A DNA stretch of 64,000 bases from NCBI GenBank assembly GCA_964057225.1, contig CAXKVF010000073.1, forward strand, positions 310,001 through 374,000. The letters run 5' to 3'. The notes beneath the pieces were generated by a model that saw nothing but the letters and a program-made list of their open reading frames with translations, made no database searches and was not told the origin of the DNA. Shown here in pieces: positions 27,601 to 41,600 of this stretch. A program made the position numbers and the translations under genes. Positions within the stretch are counted from its first letter, which is position 1. Every line of letters starts with the position of its first letter. Source of the DNA: Auanema rhodensis. Its lineage: Eukaryota > Animalia > Nematoda.

Positions 27601-30600
27601 GTGAAGCGAGTTACATACCAAGTGCACATCACGTGTACAATTAATTAGCATAAATCAAAGTTCACGTATATTTCAAAGTCATGGTTACCATGAACCAATA
27701 TCAATAAAAATTTGTTTTTAGACTAATATGGACATGGGGAATCTAATTTTGAAAACCGCATCTCTTTATCTTTCACGTGAAGCGATTTACATACCAAGTG
27801 CACATCACGTGTACATTTAATTAGCATAAATCAAAGTTCACGTAAATTTCAAAGTCATGGTTACCATGAACCAATATCAATAAAAATTTGTTTTTAGACT
27901 AATATGGACATGGGGAATCTAATTTTGAAAACCGCATCTCTTTATCTTTCACGTGAAGCGAGTTACATACCAAGTGCACATCACGTGTACAATTAATTAG
28001 CATAAATTAAAGTTCACGTAAATTTCAAAGTCATGGTTACCATGCACCAATATCAATAAAAATTTGTTTTTAGACTAATATGGACATGAGGAATCTTATT
28101 TTGAAAACCGCATCTCTTTATCTTTCACGTGAAGCGAGTTACATACCAAGTGCACATCACGTGTACAATTAATTAGCATAAATTAAAGTTCACGTAAATT
28201 TCAAAGTCATGGTTACCATGAACCAATATCAATAAAAATTTGTTTTTAGACTAATATGGAGATGGGGAATCTGATTTTGAAAACCGCATCTCTTTATCTT
28301 TCACGTGAAGGGAGTTACATACCAAGTGCACATCACGTGTACATTTAATTAGCATAAATCAAAGTTCACGTAAATTTCAAAGTCATGGTTACCATGAACC
28401 AATATCAATGAAAGTTGTTTTTAGACTAATATGGACATGGGGAATCTAATTTTGAAAACCGCATCTCTTTATCTTTCACGTGAAGCGAGTTACATACCAA
28501 GTGCACATCACGTGTACAATTAATTAGCATAAATTAAAGTTCACGTAAATTTCAAAGTCATGGTTACCATGAACCAATATCAATAAAAATTTGTTTTTAG
28601 ACTAATATGGAGATGGGGAATCTGATTTTGAAAACCGCATCTCTTTATCTTTCACGTGAAGCGAGTTACATACCAAGTGCACATCACGTGTACATTTAAT
28701 TAGCATAAATCAAAGTTCACGTAAATTTCAAAGTCATGGTTACCATGAACCAATATCAATAAAAATTTGTTTTTAGACTAATATGGACATGGGGAATCTA
28801 ATTTTGAAAACCGCATCTCTTTATCTTTCACGTGAAGCGAGTTACATACCAAGTGCACATCACGTGTACATTTAATTAGCATAAATTAAAGTTCACGTAA
28901 ATTTCAAAGTCATGGTTACCATGAACCAATATCAATAAAAATTTGTTTTTAGACTAATATGGAGATGGGGAATCTGATTTTGAAAACCGCATCTCTTTAT
29001 CTTTCACGTGAAGCGAGTTACATACCAAGTGCACATCACGTGTACAATTAATTAGCATAAATCAAAGTTCACGTAAATTTCAAAGTCATGGTTACCATGA
29101 ACCAATATCAATAAAAATTTGTTTTAAGACTAATATGGACATGGGGAATCTAATTTTGAAAACCGCATCTCTTTATCTTTCACGTGAAGCGAGTTACATA
29201 CCAAGTGCACATCACGTGTACATTTAATTAGCATAAATTAAAGTTCACGTAAATTTCAAAGTCATGGTTACCATGAACCAATATCAATAAAAATTTGTTT
29301 TTAGACTAATATGGAGATGGGGAATCTGATTTTGAAAACCGCATCTCTTTATCTTTCACGTGAAGCGAGTTACATACCAAGTGCACATCACGTGTACAAT
29401 TAATTAGCATAAATCAAAGTTCACGTAAATTTCAAAGTCATGGTTACCATGAACCAATATCAATAAAAATTTGTTTTTAGACTAATATGGACATGGGGAA
29501 TCTAATTTTGAAAACCGCATCTCTTTATCTTTCACGTGAAGCGAGTTACATACCAAGTGCACATCACGTGTACAATTAATTAGCATAAATTAAAGTTCAC
29601 GTAAATTTCAAAGTCATGGTTACCATGCACCAATATCAATAAAAATTTGTTTTTAGACTAATATGGACATGAGGAATCTTATTTTGAAAACCGCATCTCT
29701 TTATCTTTCACGTGAAGCGAGTTACATACCAAGTGCACATCACGTGTACAATTAATTAGCATAAATTAAAGTTCACGTAAATTTCAAAGTCATGGTTACC
29801 ATGAACCAATATCAATAAAAATTTGTTTTTAGACTAATATGGAGATGGGGAATCTGATTTTGAAAACCGCATCTCTTTATCTTTCACGTGAAGGGAGTTA
29901 CATACCAAGTGCACATCACGTGTACATTTAATTAGCATAAATCAAAGTTCACGTAAATTTCAAAGTCATGGTTACCATGAACCAATATCAATGAAAGTTG
30001 TTTTTAGACTAATATGGACATGGGGAATCTAATTTTGAAAACCGCATCTCTTTATCTTTCACGTGAAGCGAGTTACATACCAAGTGCACATCACGTGTAC
30101 AATTAATTAGCATAAATTAAAGTTCACGTAAATTTCAAAGTCATGGTTACCATGAACCAATATCAATAAAAATTTGTTTTTAGACTAATATGGAGATGGG
30201 GAATCTGATTTTGAAAACCGCATCTCTTTATCTTTCACGTGAAGCGAGTTACATACCAAGTGCACATCACGTGTACATTTAATTAGCATAAATCAAAGTT
30301 CACGTAAATTTCAAAGTCATGGTTACCATGAACCAATATCAATAAAAATTTGTTTTTAGACTAATATGGACATGGGGAATCTAATTTTGAAAACCGCATC
30401 TCTTTATCTTTCACGTGAAGCGAGTTACATACCAAGTGCACATCACGTGTACAATTAATTAGCATAAATTAAAGTTCACGTAAATTTCAAAGTCATGGTT
30501 ACAATGAACCAATATCAATAAAAATTTGTTTTTAGACTAATATGGACATGGGGAATCTAATTTTGAAAACCGCATCTCTTTATCTTTCACGTGAAGCGAG

Positions 30601-33600
30601 TTACATACCAAGTGCACATCACGTGTACAATTAATTAGCATAAATTAAAGTTCACGTAAATTTCAAAGTCATGGTTACCATGAACCAATATCAATAAAAA
30701 TTTGTTTTTAGACTAATATGGAGATGGGGAATCTGATTTTGAAAACCGCATCTCTTTATCTTTCACGTGAAGGGAGTTACATACCAAGTGCACATCACGT
30801 GTACATTTAATTAGCATAAATCAAAGTTCACGTAAATTTCAAAGTCATGGTTACCATGAACCAATATCAATAAAAATTTGTTTTTAGACTAATATGGACA
30901 TGGGGAATCTAATTTTGAAAATCGCATCTCTTTATCTTTCACGTGAAGCGAGTTACATACCAAGTGCACATCACGTGTACAATTAATTAGCATAAATTAA
31001 AGTTCACGTAAATTTCAAAGTCATGGTTACAATGAACCAATATCAATAAAAATTTGTTTTTAGACTAATATGGAGATGGGGAATCTAATTTTGAAAACCG
31101 CATCTCTTTATCTTTCACGTGAAGCGAGTTACATACCAAGTGCACATCACGTGTACATTTAATTAGCATAAATCAAAGTTCACGTAAATTTCAAAGTCAT
31201 GGTTACCATGAACCAATATCAATAAAAATTTGTTTTTAGACTAATATGGACATGGGGAATCAAATTTTGAAAACCGCATCTCTTTATCTTTCACGTGAAG
31301 CGAGTTACATACCAAGTGCACATCACGTGTACAATTAATTAGCATAAATTAAAGTTCACGTAAATTTCAAAGTCATGGTTACCATGAACCAATATCAATA
31401 AAAATTTGTTTTTATACTAATATGGAGATGGGGAATCTGATTTTGAAAATCGCATCTCTTTATCTTTCACGTGAAGCGAGTTACATACCAAGTGCACATC
31501 ACGTGTACAATTAATTAGCATAAATTAAAGTTCACGTAAATTTCAAAGTCATGGTTACCATGAACCAATATCAATAAAAATTTGTTTTTAGACTAATATG
31601 GAGATGGGGAATCTGATTTTGAAAATCGCATCTCTTTATCTTTCACGTGAAGCGAGTTACATACCAAGTGCACATCACGTGTACAATTAATTAGCATAAA
31701 TTAAAGTTCACGTAAATTTCAAAGTCATGGTTACAATGAACCAATATCAATAAAAATTTGTTTTTAGACTAATATGGAGATGGGGAATCTGATTTTGAAA
31801 ATCGCATCTCTTTATCTTTCACGTGAAGGGAGTTACATACCAAGTGCACATCACGTGTACATTTAATTAGCATAAATCAAAGTTCACGTAAATTTCAAAG
31901 TCATGGTTACCATGAACCAATATCAATAAAAATTTGTTTTTAGACTAATATGGAGATGGGGAATCTGATTTTGAAAACCGCATCTCTTTATCTTTCACGT
32001 GAAGCGAGTTACATACCAAGTGCACATCACGTGTACAATTAATTAGCATAAATTAAAGTTCACGTAAATTTCAAAGTCATGGTTACCATGAACCAATATC
32101 AATAAAAATTTGTTTTTAGACTAATATGGAGATGGGGAATCTGATTATGAAAAACGCATCTCTTTATCTTTCACGTGAAGCGAGTTACATACCAAGTGCA
32201 CATCACGTGTACAATTAATTAGCATAAATTAAAGTTCACGTAAATTTCAAAGTCATGGTTACAATGAACCAATATCAATAAAAATTTGTTTTTAGACTAA
32301 TATGGAGATGGGGAATCTGATTTTGAAAACCGCATCTCTTTATCTTTCACGTGAAGCGAGTTACATACCAAGTGCACATCACGTGTACAATTAATTAGCA
32401 TAAATTAAAGTTCACGTAAATTTCAAAGTCATGGTTACCATGAACCAATATCAATAAAAATTTGTTTTTAGACTAATATGGAGATGGGGAATCTGATTTT
32501 GAAAAACGCATCTCTTTATCTTTCACGTGAAGCGAGTTACATACCAAGTGCACATCACGTGTACAATTAATTAGCATAAATTAAAGTTCACGTAAATTTC
32601 AAAGTCATGGTTACAATGAACCAATATCAATAAAAATTTGTTTTTAGACTAATATGGAGATGGGGAATCTGATTTTGAAAACCGCATCTCTTTATCTTTC
32701 ACGTGAAGCGAGTTACATACCAAGTGCACATCACGTGTACAATTAATTAGCATAAATCAAAGTTCACGTAAATTTCAAAGTCATGGTTACCATGAACCAA
32801 TATCAACAAAAATTTGTTTTTAGACTAATATGGACATGGGGAATCTAATTTTGAAAACCGCATCTCTTTATCTTTCACGTGAAGCGAGTTACATACCAAG
32901 TGCACATCACGTGTACAATTAATTAGCATAAATTAAAGTTCACGTAAATTTCAAAGTCATGGTTACCATGAACCAATATCAATAAAAATTTGTTTTTAGA
33001 CTAATATGGAGATGGGGAATCTGATTTTGAAAACCGCATCTCTTTATCTTTCACGTGAAGGGAGTTACATACCAAGTGCACATCACGTGTACATTTAATT
33101 AGCATAAATCAAAGTTCACGTAAATTTCAAAGTCATGGTTACCATGAACCAATATCAATAAAAATTTGTTTTTAGACTAATATGGACATGGGGAATCTAA
33201 TTTTGAAAATCGCATCTCTTTATCTTTCACGTGAAGCGAGTTACATACCAAGTGCACATCACGTGTACAATTAATTAGCATAAATTAAAGTTCACGTAAA
33301 TTTCAAAGTCATGGTTACAATGAACCAATATCAATAAAAATTTGTTTTTAGACTAATATGGAGATGGGGAATCTAATTTTGAAAACCGCATCTCTTTATC
33401 TTTCACGTGAAGCGAGTTACAGACCAAGTGCACATCACGTGTACATTTAATTAGCATAAATCAAAGTTCACGTAAATTTCAAAGTCATGGTTACCATGAA
33501 CCAATATCAATAAAAATTTGTTTTTAGACTAATATGGACATGGGGAATCTAATTTTGAAAACCGCATCTCTTTATCTTTCACGTGAAGCGAGTTACATAC

Positions 33601-36600
33601 CAAGTGCACATCACGTGTACAATTAATTAGCATAAATTAAAGTTCACGTAAATTTCAAAGTCATGGTTACCATGAACCAATATCAATAAAAATTTGTTTT
33701 TATACTAATATGGAGATGGGGAATCTGATTTTGAAAATCGCATCTCTTTATCTTTCACGTGAAGCGAGTTACATACCAAGTGCACATCACGTGTACAATT
33801 AATTAGCATAAATTAAAGTTCACGTAAATTTCAAAGTCATGGTTACAATGAACCAATATCAATAAAAATTTGTTTTTAGACTAATATGGAGATGGGGAAT
33901 CTGATTTTGAAAACAGCATCTCTTTATCTTTCACGTGAAGGGAGTTACATACCAAGTGCACATCACGTGTACATTTAATTAGCATAAATTAAAGTTCACG
34001 TAAATTTCAAAGTCATGGTTACCATGAACCAATATCAATAAAAATTTGTTTTTAGACTAATATGGAGATGGGGAATCTGATTTTGAAAATCGCATCTCTT
34101 TATCTTTCACGTGAAGCGAGTTACATACCAAGTGCACATCACGTGTACAATTAATTAGCATAAATTAAAGTTCACGTAAATTTCAAAGTCATGGTTACAA
34201 TGAACCAATATCAATAAAAATTTGTTTTTAGACTAATATGGAGATGGGGAATCTGATTTTGAAAACCGCATCTCTTTATCTTTCACGTGAAGGGAGTTAC
34301 ATACCAAGTGCACATCACGTGTACAATTAATTAGCATAAATCAAAGTTCACGTAAATTTCAAAGTCATGGTTACCATGAACCAATATCAATAAAAATTTG
34401 TTTTTAGACTAATATGGAGATGGGGAATCTAATTTTGAAAACCGCATCTCTTTATCTTTCACGTGAAGCGAGTTACAGACCAAGTGCACATCACGTGTAC
34501 ATTTAATTAGCATAAATCAAAGTTCACGTAAATTTCAAAGTCATGGTTACCATGAACCAATATCAATAAAAATTTGTTTTTAGACTAATATGGACATGGG
34601 GAATCTAATTTTGAAAACCGCATCTCTTTATCTTTCACGTGAAGCGAGTTACATACCAAGTGCACATCACGTGTACAATTAATTAGCATAAATTAAAGTT
34701 CACGTAAATTTCAAAGTCATGGTTACCATGAACCAATATCAATAAAAATTTGTTTTTATACTAATATGGAGATGGGGAATCTGATTTTGAAAATCGCATC
34801 TCTTTATCTTTCACGTGAAGCGAGTTACATACCAAGTGCACATCACGTGTACAATTAATTAGCATAAATTAAAGTTCACGTAAATTTCAAAGTCATGGTT
34901 ACAATGAACCAATATCAATAAAAATTTGTTTTTAGACTAATATGGAGATGGGGAATCTGATTTTGAAAACAGCATCTCTTTATCTTTCACGTGAAGGGAG
35001 TTACATACCAAGTGCACATCACGTGTACATTTAATTAGCATAAATTAAAGTTCACGTAAATTTCAAAGTCATGGTTACCATGAACCAATATCAATAAAAA
35101 TTTGTTTTTAGACTAATATGGAGATGGGGAATCTGATTTTGAAAATCGCATCTCTTTATCTTTCACGTGAAGCGAGTTACATACCAAGTGCACATCACGT
35201 GTACAATTAATTAGCATAAATTAAAGTTCACGTAAATTTCAAAGTCATGGTTACAATGAACCAATATCAATAAAAATTTGTTTTTAGACTAATATGGAGA
35301 TGGGGAATCTGATTTTGAAAATCGCATCTCTTTATCTTTCACGTGAAGCGAGTTACATACCAAGTGCACATCACGTGTACAATTAATTAGCATAAATTAA
35401 AGTTCACGTAAATTTCAAAGTCATGGTTACCATGAACCAATATCAATAAAAATTTGTTTTTAGACTAATATGGAGATGGGGAATCTGATTTTGAAAATCG
35501 CATCTCTTTATCTTTCACGTGAAGCGAGTTACATACCAAGTGCACATCACGTGTACAATTAATTAGCATAAATTAAAGTTCACGTAAATTTCAAAGTCAT
35601 GGTTACAATGAACCAATATCAATAAAAATTTGTTTTTAGACTAATATGGAGATGGGGAATCTGATTTTGAAAACCGCATCTCTTTATCTTTCACGTGAAG
35701 GTAGTTACATACCAAGTGCACATCACGTGTACATTTAATTAGCATAAATTAAAGTTCACGTAAATTTCAAAGTCATGGTTACCATGAACCAATATCAATA
35801 AAAATTTGTTTTTAGACTAATATGGAGATGGGGAATCTGATTTTGAAAATCGCATCTCTTTATCTTTCACGTGAAGCGAGTTACATACCAAGTGCACATC
35901 ACGTGTACAATTAATTAGCATAAATTAAAGTTCACGTAAATTTCAAAGTCATGGTTACAATGAACCAATATCAATAAAAATTTGTTTTTAGACTAATATG
36001 GAGATGGGGAATCTGATTTTGAAAACCGCATCTCTTTATCTTTCACGTGAAGGGAGTTACATACCAAGTGCACATCACGTGTACAATTAATTAGCATAAA
36101 TCAAAGTTCACGTAAATTTCAAAGTCATGGTTACCATGAACCAATATCAATAAAAATTTGTTTTTAGACTAATATGGAGATGGGGAATCTAATTTTGAAA
36201 ACCGCATCTCTTTATCTTTCACGTGAAGGTAGTTACATACCAAGTGCACATCACGTGTACAATTAATTAGCATAAATTAAAGTTCACGTAAATTTCAAAG
36301 TCATGGTTACAATGAACCAATATCAATAAAAATTTGTTTTTAGACTAATATGGAGATGGGGAATCTGATTTTGAAAACCGCATCTCTTTATCTTTCACGT
36401 GAAGGGAGTTACATACCAAGTGCACATCACGTGTACAATTAATTAGCATAAATCAAAGTTCACGTAAATTTCAAAGTCATGGTTACCATGAACCAATATC
36501 AATAAAAATTTGTTTTTAGACTAATATGGACATGGGGAATCTAATTTTGAAAACCGCATCTCTTTATCTTTCACGTGAAGCGAGTTACATACCAAGTGCA

Positions 36601-38624
36601 CATCACGTGTACAATTAATTAGCATAAATTAAAGTTCACGTAAATTTCAAAGTCATGGTTACCATGAACCAATATCAATAAAAATTTGTTTTTATACTAA
36701 TATGGAGATGGGGAATCTGATTTTGAAAATCGCATCTCTTTATCTTTCACGTGAAGCGAGTTACATACCAAGTGCACATCACGTGTACAATTAATTAGCA
36801 TAAATTAAAGTTCACGTAAATTTCAAAGTCATGGTTACAATGAACCAATATCAATAAAAATTTGTTTTTAGACTAATATGGAGATGGGGAATCTGATTTT
36901 GAAAACAGCATCTCTTTATCTTTCACGTGAAGGGAGTTACATACCAAGTGCACATCACGTGTACATTTAATTAGCATAAATTAAAGTTCACGTAAATTTC
37001 AAAGTCATGGTTACCATGAACCAATATCAATAAAAATTTGTTTTTAGACTAATATGGAGATGGGGAATCTGATTTTGAAAATCGCATCTCTTTATCTTTC
37101 ACGTGAAGCGAGTTACATACCAAGTGCACATCACGTGTACAATTAATTAGCATAAATTAAAGTTCACGTAAATTTCAAAGTCATGGTTACAATGAACCAA
37201 TATCAATAAAAATTTGTTTTTAGACTAATATGGAGATGGGGAATCTGATTTTGAAAACCGCATCTCTTTATCTTTCACGTGAAGGGAGTTACATACCAAG
37301 TGCACATCACGTGTACAATTAATTAGCATAAATCAAAGTTCACGTAAATTTCAAAGTCATGGTTACCATGAACCAATATCAATAAAAATTTGTTTTTAGA
37401 CTAATATGGAGATGGGGAATCTGATTTTGAAAACCGCATCTCTTTATCTTTCACGTGAAGCGAGTTACATACCAAGTGCACATCACGTGTACAATTAATT
37501 AGCATAAATTAAAGTTCACGTAAATTTCAAAGTCATGGTTACAATGAACCAATATCAATAAAAATTTGTTTTTAGACTAATATGGAGATGGGGAATCTGA
37601 TTTTGAAAATCGCATCTCTTTATCTTTCACGTGAAGCGAGTTACATACCAAGTGCACATCACGTGTACAATTAATTAGCATAAATTAAAGTTCACGTAAA
37701 TTTCAAAGTCATGGTTACCATGAACCAATATCAATAAAAATTTGTTTTTAGACTAATATGGAGATGGGGAATCTGATTTTGAAAATCGCATCTCTTTATC
37801 TTTCACGTGAAGCGAGTTACATACCAAGTGCACATCACGTGTACAATTAATTAGCATAAATTAAAGTTCACGTAAATTTCAAAGTCATGGTTACAATGAA
37901 CCAATATCAATAAAAATTTGTTTTTAGACTAATATGGAGATGGGGAATCTGATTTTGAAAACCGCATCTCTTTATCTTTCACGTGAAGGTAGTTACATAC
38001 CAAGTGCACATCACGTGTACATTTAATTAGCATAAATTAAAGTTCACGTAAATTTCAAAGTCATGGTTACCATGAACCAATATCAATAAAAATTTGTTTT
38101 TAGACTAATATGGACATGGGGAATCTAATTTTGAAAACCGCATCTCTTTATCTTTCACGTGAAGCGAGTTACATACCAAGTGCACATCACGTGTACAATT
38201 AATTAGCATAAATTAAAGTTCACGTAAATTTCAAAGTCATGGTTACCATGAACCAATATCAATAAAAATTTGTTTTTATACTAATATGGAGATGGGGAAT
38301 CTGATTTTGAAAATCGCATCTCTTTATCTTTCACGTGAAGCGAGTTACATACCAAGTGCACATCACGTGTACAATTAATTAGCATAAATTAAAGTTCACG
38401 TAAATTTCAAAGTCATGGTTACAATGAACCAATATCAATAAAAATTTGTTTTTAGACTAATATGGAGATGGGGAATCTGATTTTGAAAACCGCATCTCTT
38501 TATCTTTCACGTGAAGGGAGTTACATACCAAGTGCACATCACGTGTACATTTAATTAGCATAAATTAAAGTTCACGTAAATTTCAAAGTCATGGTTACCA
38601 TGAACCAATATCAATAAAAATTTG
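12673..38624. repeat. Inner satellite domain defined by C69G (GAAGGGAG) and C42T (AAAATCGC)
   Basis: C69G is seen from 12917 to 38517 and C42T from 12714 to 38314. Neither was seen outside this interval when reading by eye. Confidence 0.85.
22705..22786 (+). repeat. Truncated 82-bp monomer (94-bp internal deletion)
   Basis: The junction TTTTTA-T-TTTAATTAGCAT joins monomer positions 1-6 (+T) to position 102, and the next unit starts at 22787. Confidence 0.95.
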
Positions 38625-41600
38625 TTTTTAGACTAATATGGACATGGGGAATCTAATTTTGAAAACCGCATCTCTTTATCTTTCACGTGAAGCGAGTTAC
38701 AAACCAAGTGCACATCACGTGTACAATTAATTAGCATAAATTAAAGTTCACGTAAATTTCAAAGTCATGGTTACCATGAACCAATATCAATAAAAATTTG
38801 TTTTTAGACTAATATGGAGATGGGAATCTGATTTTGAAAACCGCATCTCTTTATCTTAAACGTGAAGCGAGTTACATACCAAGTGCACATCACGTGTACA
38901 TTTAATTAGCATAAATTAAAGTTCACGTAAATTTTAAAGTCATGGTTACCATGAACCAATATCAATAAAAATTTGTTTTTATACTAATATGGAGATGGGG
39001 AATCTGATTTTGAAAACCGCATCTCTTTATCTTTCACGTGAAGCGAGTTACATACCAAGTGCACATCACGTGTACAATTAATTAGCATAAATTAAAGTTC
39101 ACGTAAATTTCAAAGTCATGGTTACCATGAACCAATATCAATAAAAATTTGTTTTTATACTAATATGGAGATGGGGAATCTGATTTTGAAAACCGCATCT
39201 CTTTATCTTTCACGTGAAGCGAGTTACATACCAAGTGCACATCACGTGTACAATTAATTAGCATAAATTAAAGTTCACGTAAATTTCAAAGTCATGGTTA
39301 CAATGAACCAATATCAATAAAAATTTGTTTTTAGACTAATATGGAGATGGGGAATCTGATTTTGAAAACCGCATCTCTTTATCTTTCACGTGAAGCGAGT
39401 TACATACCAAGTGCACATCACGTGTACAATTAATTAGCATAAATCAAAGTTCACGTAAATTTCAAAGTCATGGTTACCATGAACCAATATCAATAAAAAT
39501 TTGTTTTTAGACTAATATGGAGATGGGGAATCTAATTTTGAAAACCGCATCTCTTTATCTTTCACGTGAAGCGAGTTACATACCAAGTGCACATCACGTG
39601 TACAATTAATTAGCATAAATCAAAGTTCACGTAAATTTCAAAGTCATGGTTACCATGAACCAATATCAATAAAAATTTGTTTTTAGACTAATATGGACAT
39701 GGGGAATCTAATTTTGAAAACCGCATCTCTTTATCTTTCACGTGAAGCGAGTTACATACCAAGTGCACATCACGTGTACAATTAATTAGCATAAATTAAA
39801 GTTCACGTAAATTTCAAAGTCATGGTTACCATGAACCAATATCAATAAAAATTTGTTTTTATACTAATATGGAGATGATGAATCTGATTTTGAAAACCGC
39901 ATCTCTTTATCTTTCACGTGAAGCGAGTTACATACCAAGTGCACATCACGTGTACAATTAATTAGCATAAATTAAAGTTCACGTAAATTTCAAAGTCATG
40001 GTTACCATGAACCAATATCAATAAAAATTTGTTTTTAGACTAATATGGACATGGGGAATCTAATTTTGAAAACCGCATCTCTTTATCTTTCACGTGAAGC
40101 GAGTTACATACCAAGTGCACATCACGTGTACATTTAATTAGCATAAATTAAAGTTCACGTAAATTTCAAAGTCATGGTTACCATGCACCAATATCAATAA
40201 AAATTTGTTTTTAGACTAATATGGACATGGGGAATCTAATTTTGAAAACCGCATCTCTTTATCTTTCACGTGAAGCGAGTTACATACCCAGTGCACATCA
40301 CGTGTACATTTAATTAGCATAAATTAAAGTTCACGTAAATTTCAAAGTCATGGTTACCATGAACCAATATCAATAAAAATTTGTTTTTAGACTAATATGG
40401 ACATGGGGAATCTGATTTTGAAAACCGCATCTCTTTATCTTTCACGTGAAGCGAGTTACATACCAAGTGCACATCACGTGTACATTTAATAAGCATAAAT
40501 TAAAGTTCACGTAAATTTCAAAGTCATGGTTACCATGAACCAATATCAATAAAAATTTGTTTTTATACTAATATGGAGATGGGGAATCTGATTTTGAAAA
40601 CCGCATCTCTTTATCTTTCACGTGAAGCGAGTTACATACCAAGTGCACATCACGTGTACAATTAATTAGCATAAATTAAAGTTCACGTAAATTTCAAAGT
40701 CATGGTTACCATGAACCAATATCAATAAAAATTTGTTTTTAGACTAATATGGACATGGGGAATCTAATTTTGAAAACCGCATCTCTTTATCTTTCACGTG
40801 AAGCGAGTTACATACCAAGTGCCCATCACGTGTACATTTAATTAGCATAAATTAAAGTTCACGTAAATTTCAAAGTCATGGTTACCATGCACCAATATCA
40901 ATAAAAATTTGTTTTTATACTAATATGGACATGGGGAATCTTATTTTGAAAACCGCATCTCTTTATCTTTCACGTGAAGCGAGTTACATACCAAGAGCAC
41001 ATCACGTGTACAATTAATTAGCATAAATTGAAGTTCACGTAAATTTCAAAGTCATGGTTACCATGAACCAATATCAATAAAAATTTGTTTTTAGACTAAT
41101 ATGGAGATGGGGAATCTGATTTTGAAAACCGCATCTCTTTATCTTTCACGTGAAGCGAGTTACATACCAAGTGCACATCACGTGTACATTTAATTAGCAT
41201 AAATCAAAGTTCACGTAAATTTCAAAGTCATGGTTACCATGAACCAATATCAATAAAAATTTGTTTTTAGACTAATATGGACATGGGGAATCTAATTTTG
41301 AAAACCGCATCTCTTTATCTTTCACGTGAAGCGAGTTACATACCAAGTGCACATCACGTGTACATTTAATTAGCATAAATTAAAGTTCACGTAAATTTCA
41401 AAGTCATGGTTACCATGCACCAATATCAATAAAAATTTGTTTTTAGACTAATATGGACATGGGGAATCTAATTTTGAAAACCGCATCTCTTTATCTTTCA
41501 CGTGAAGCGAGTTACATACCAAGTGCACATCACGTGTACATTTAATTAGCATAAATTAAAGTTCACGTAAATTTCAAAGTCATGGTTACCATGAACCAAT

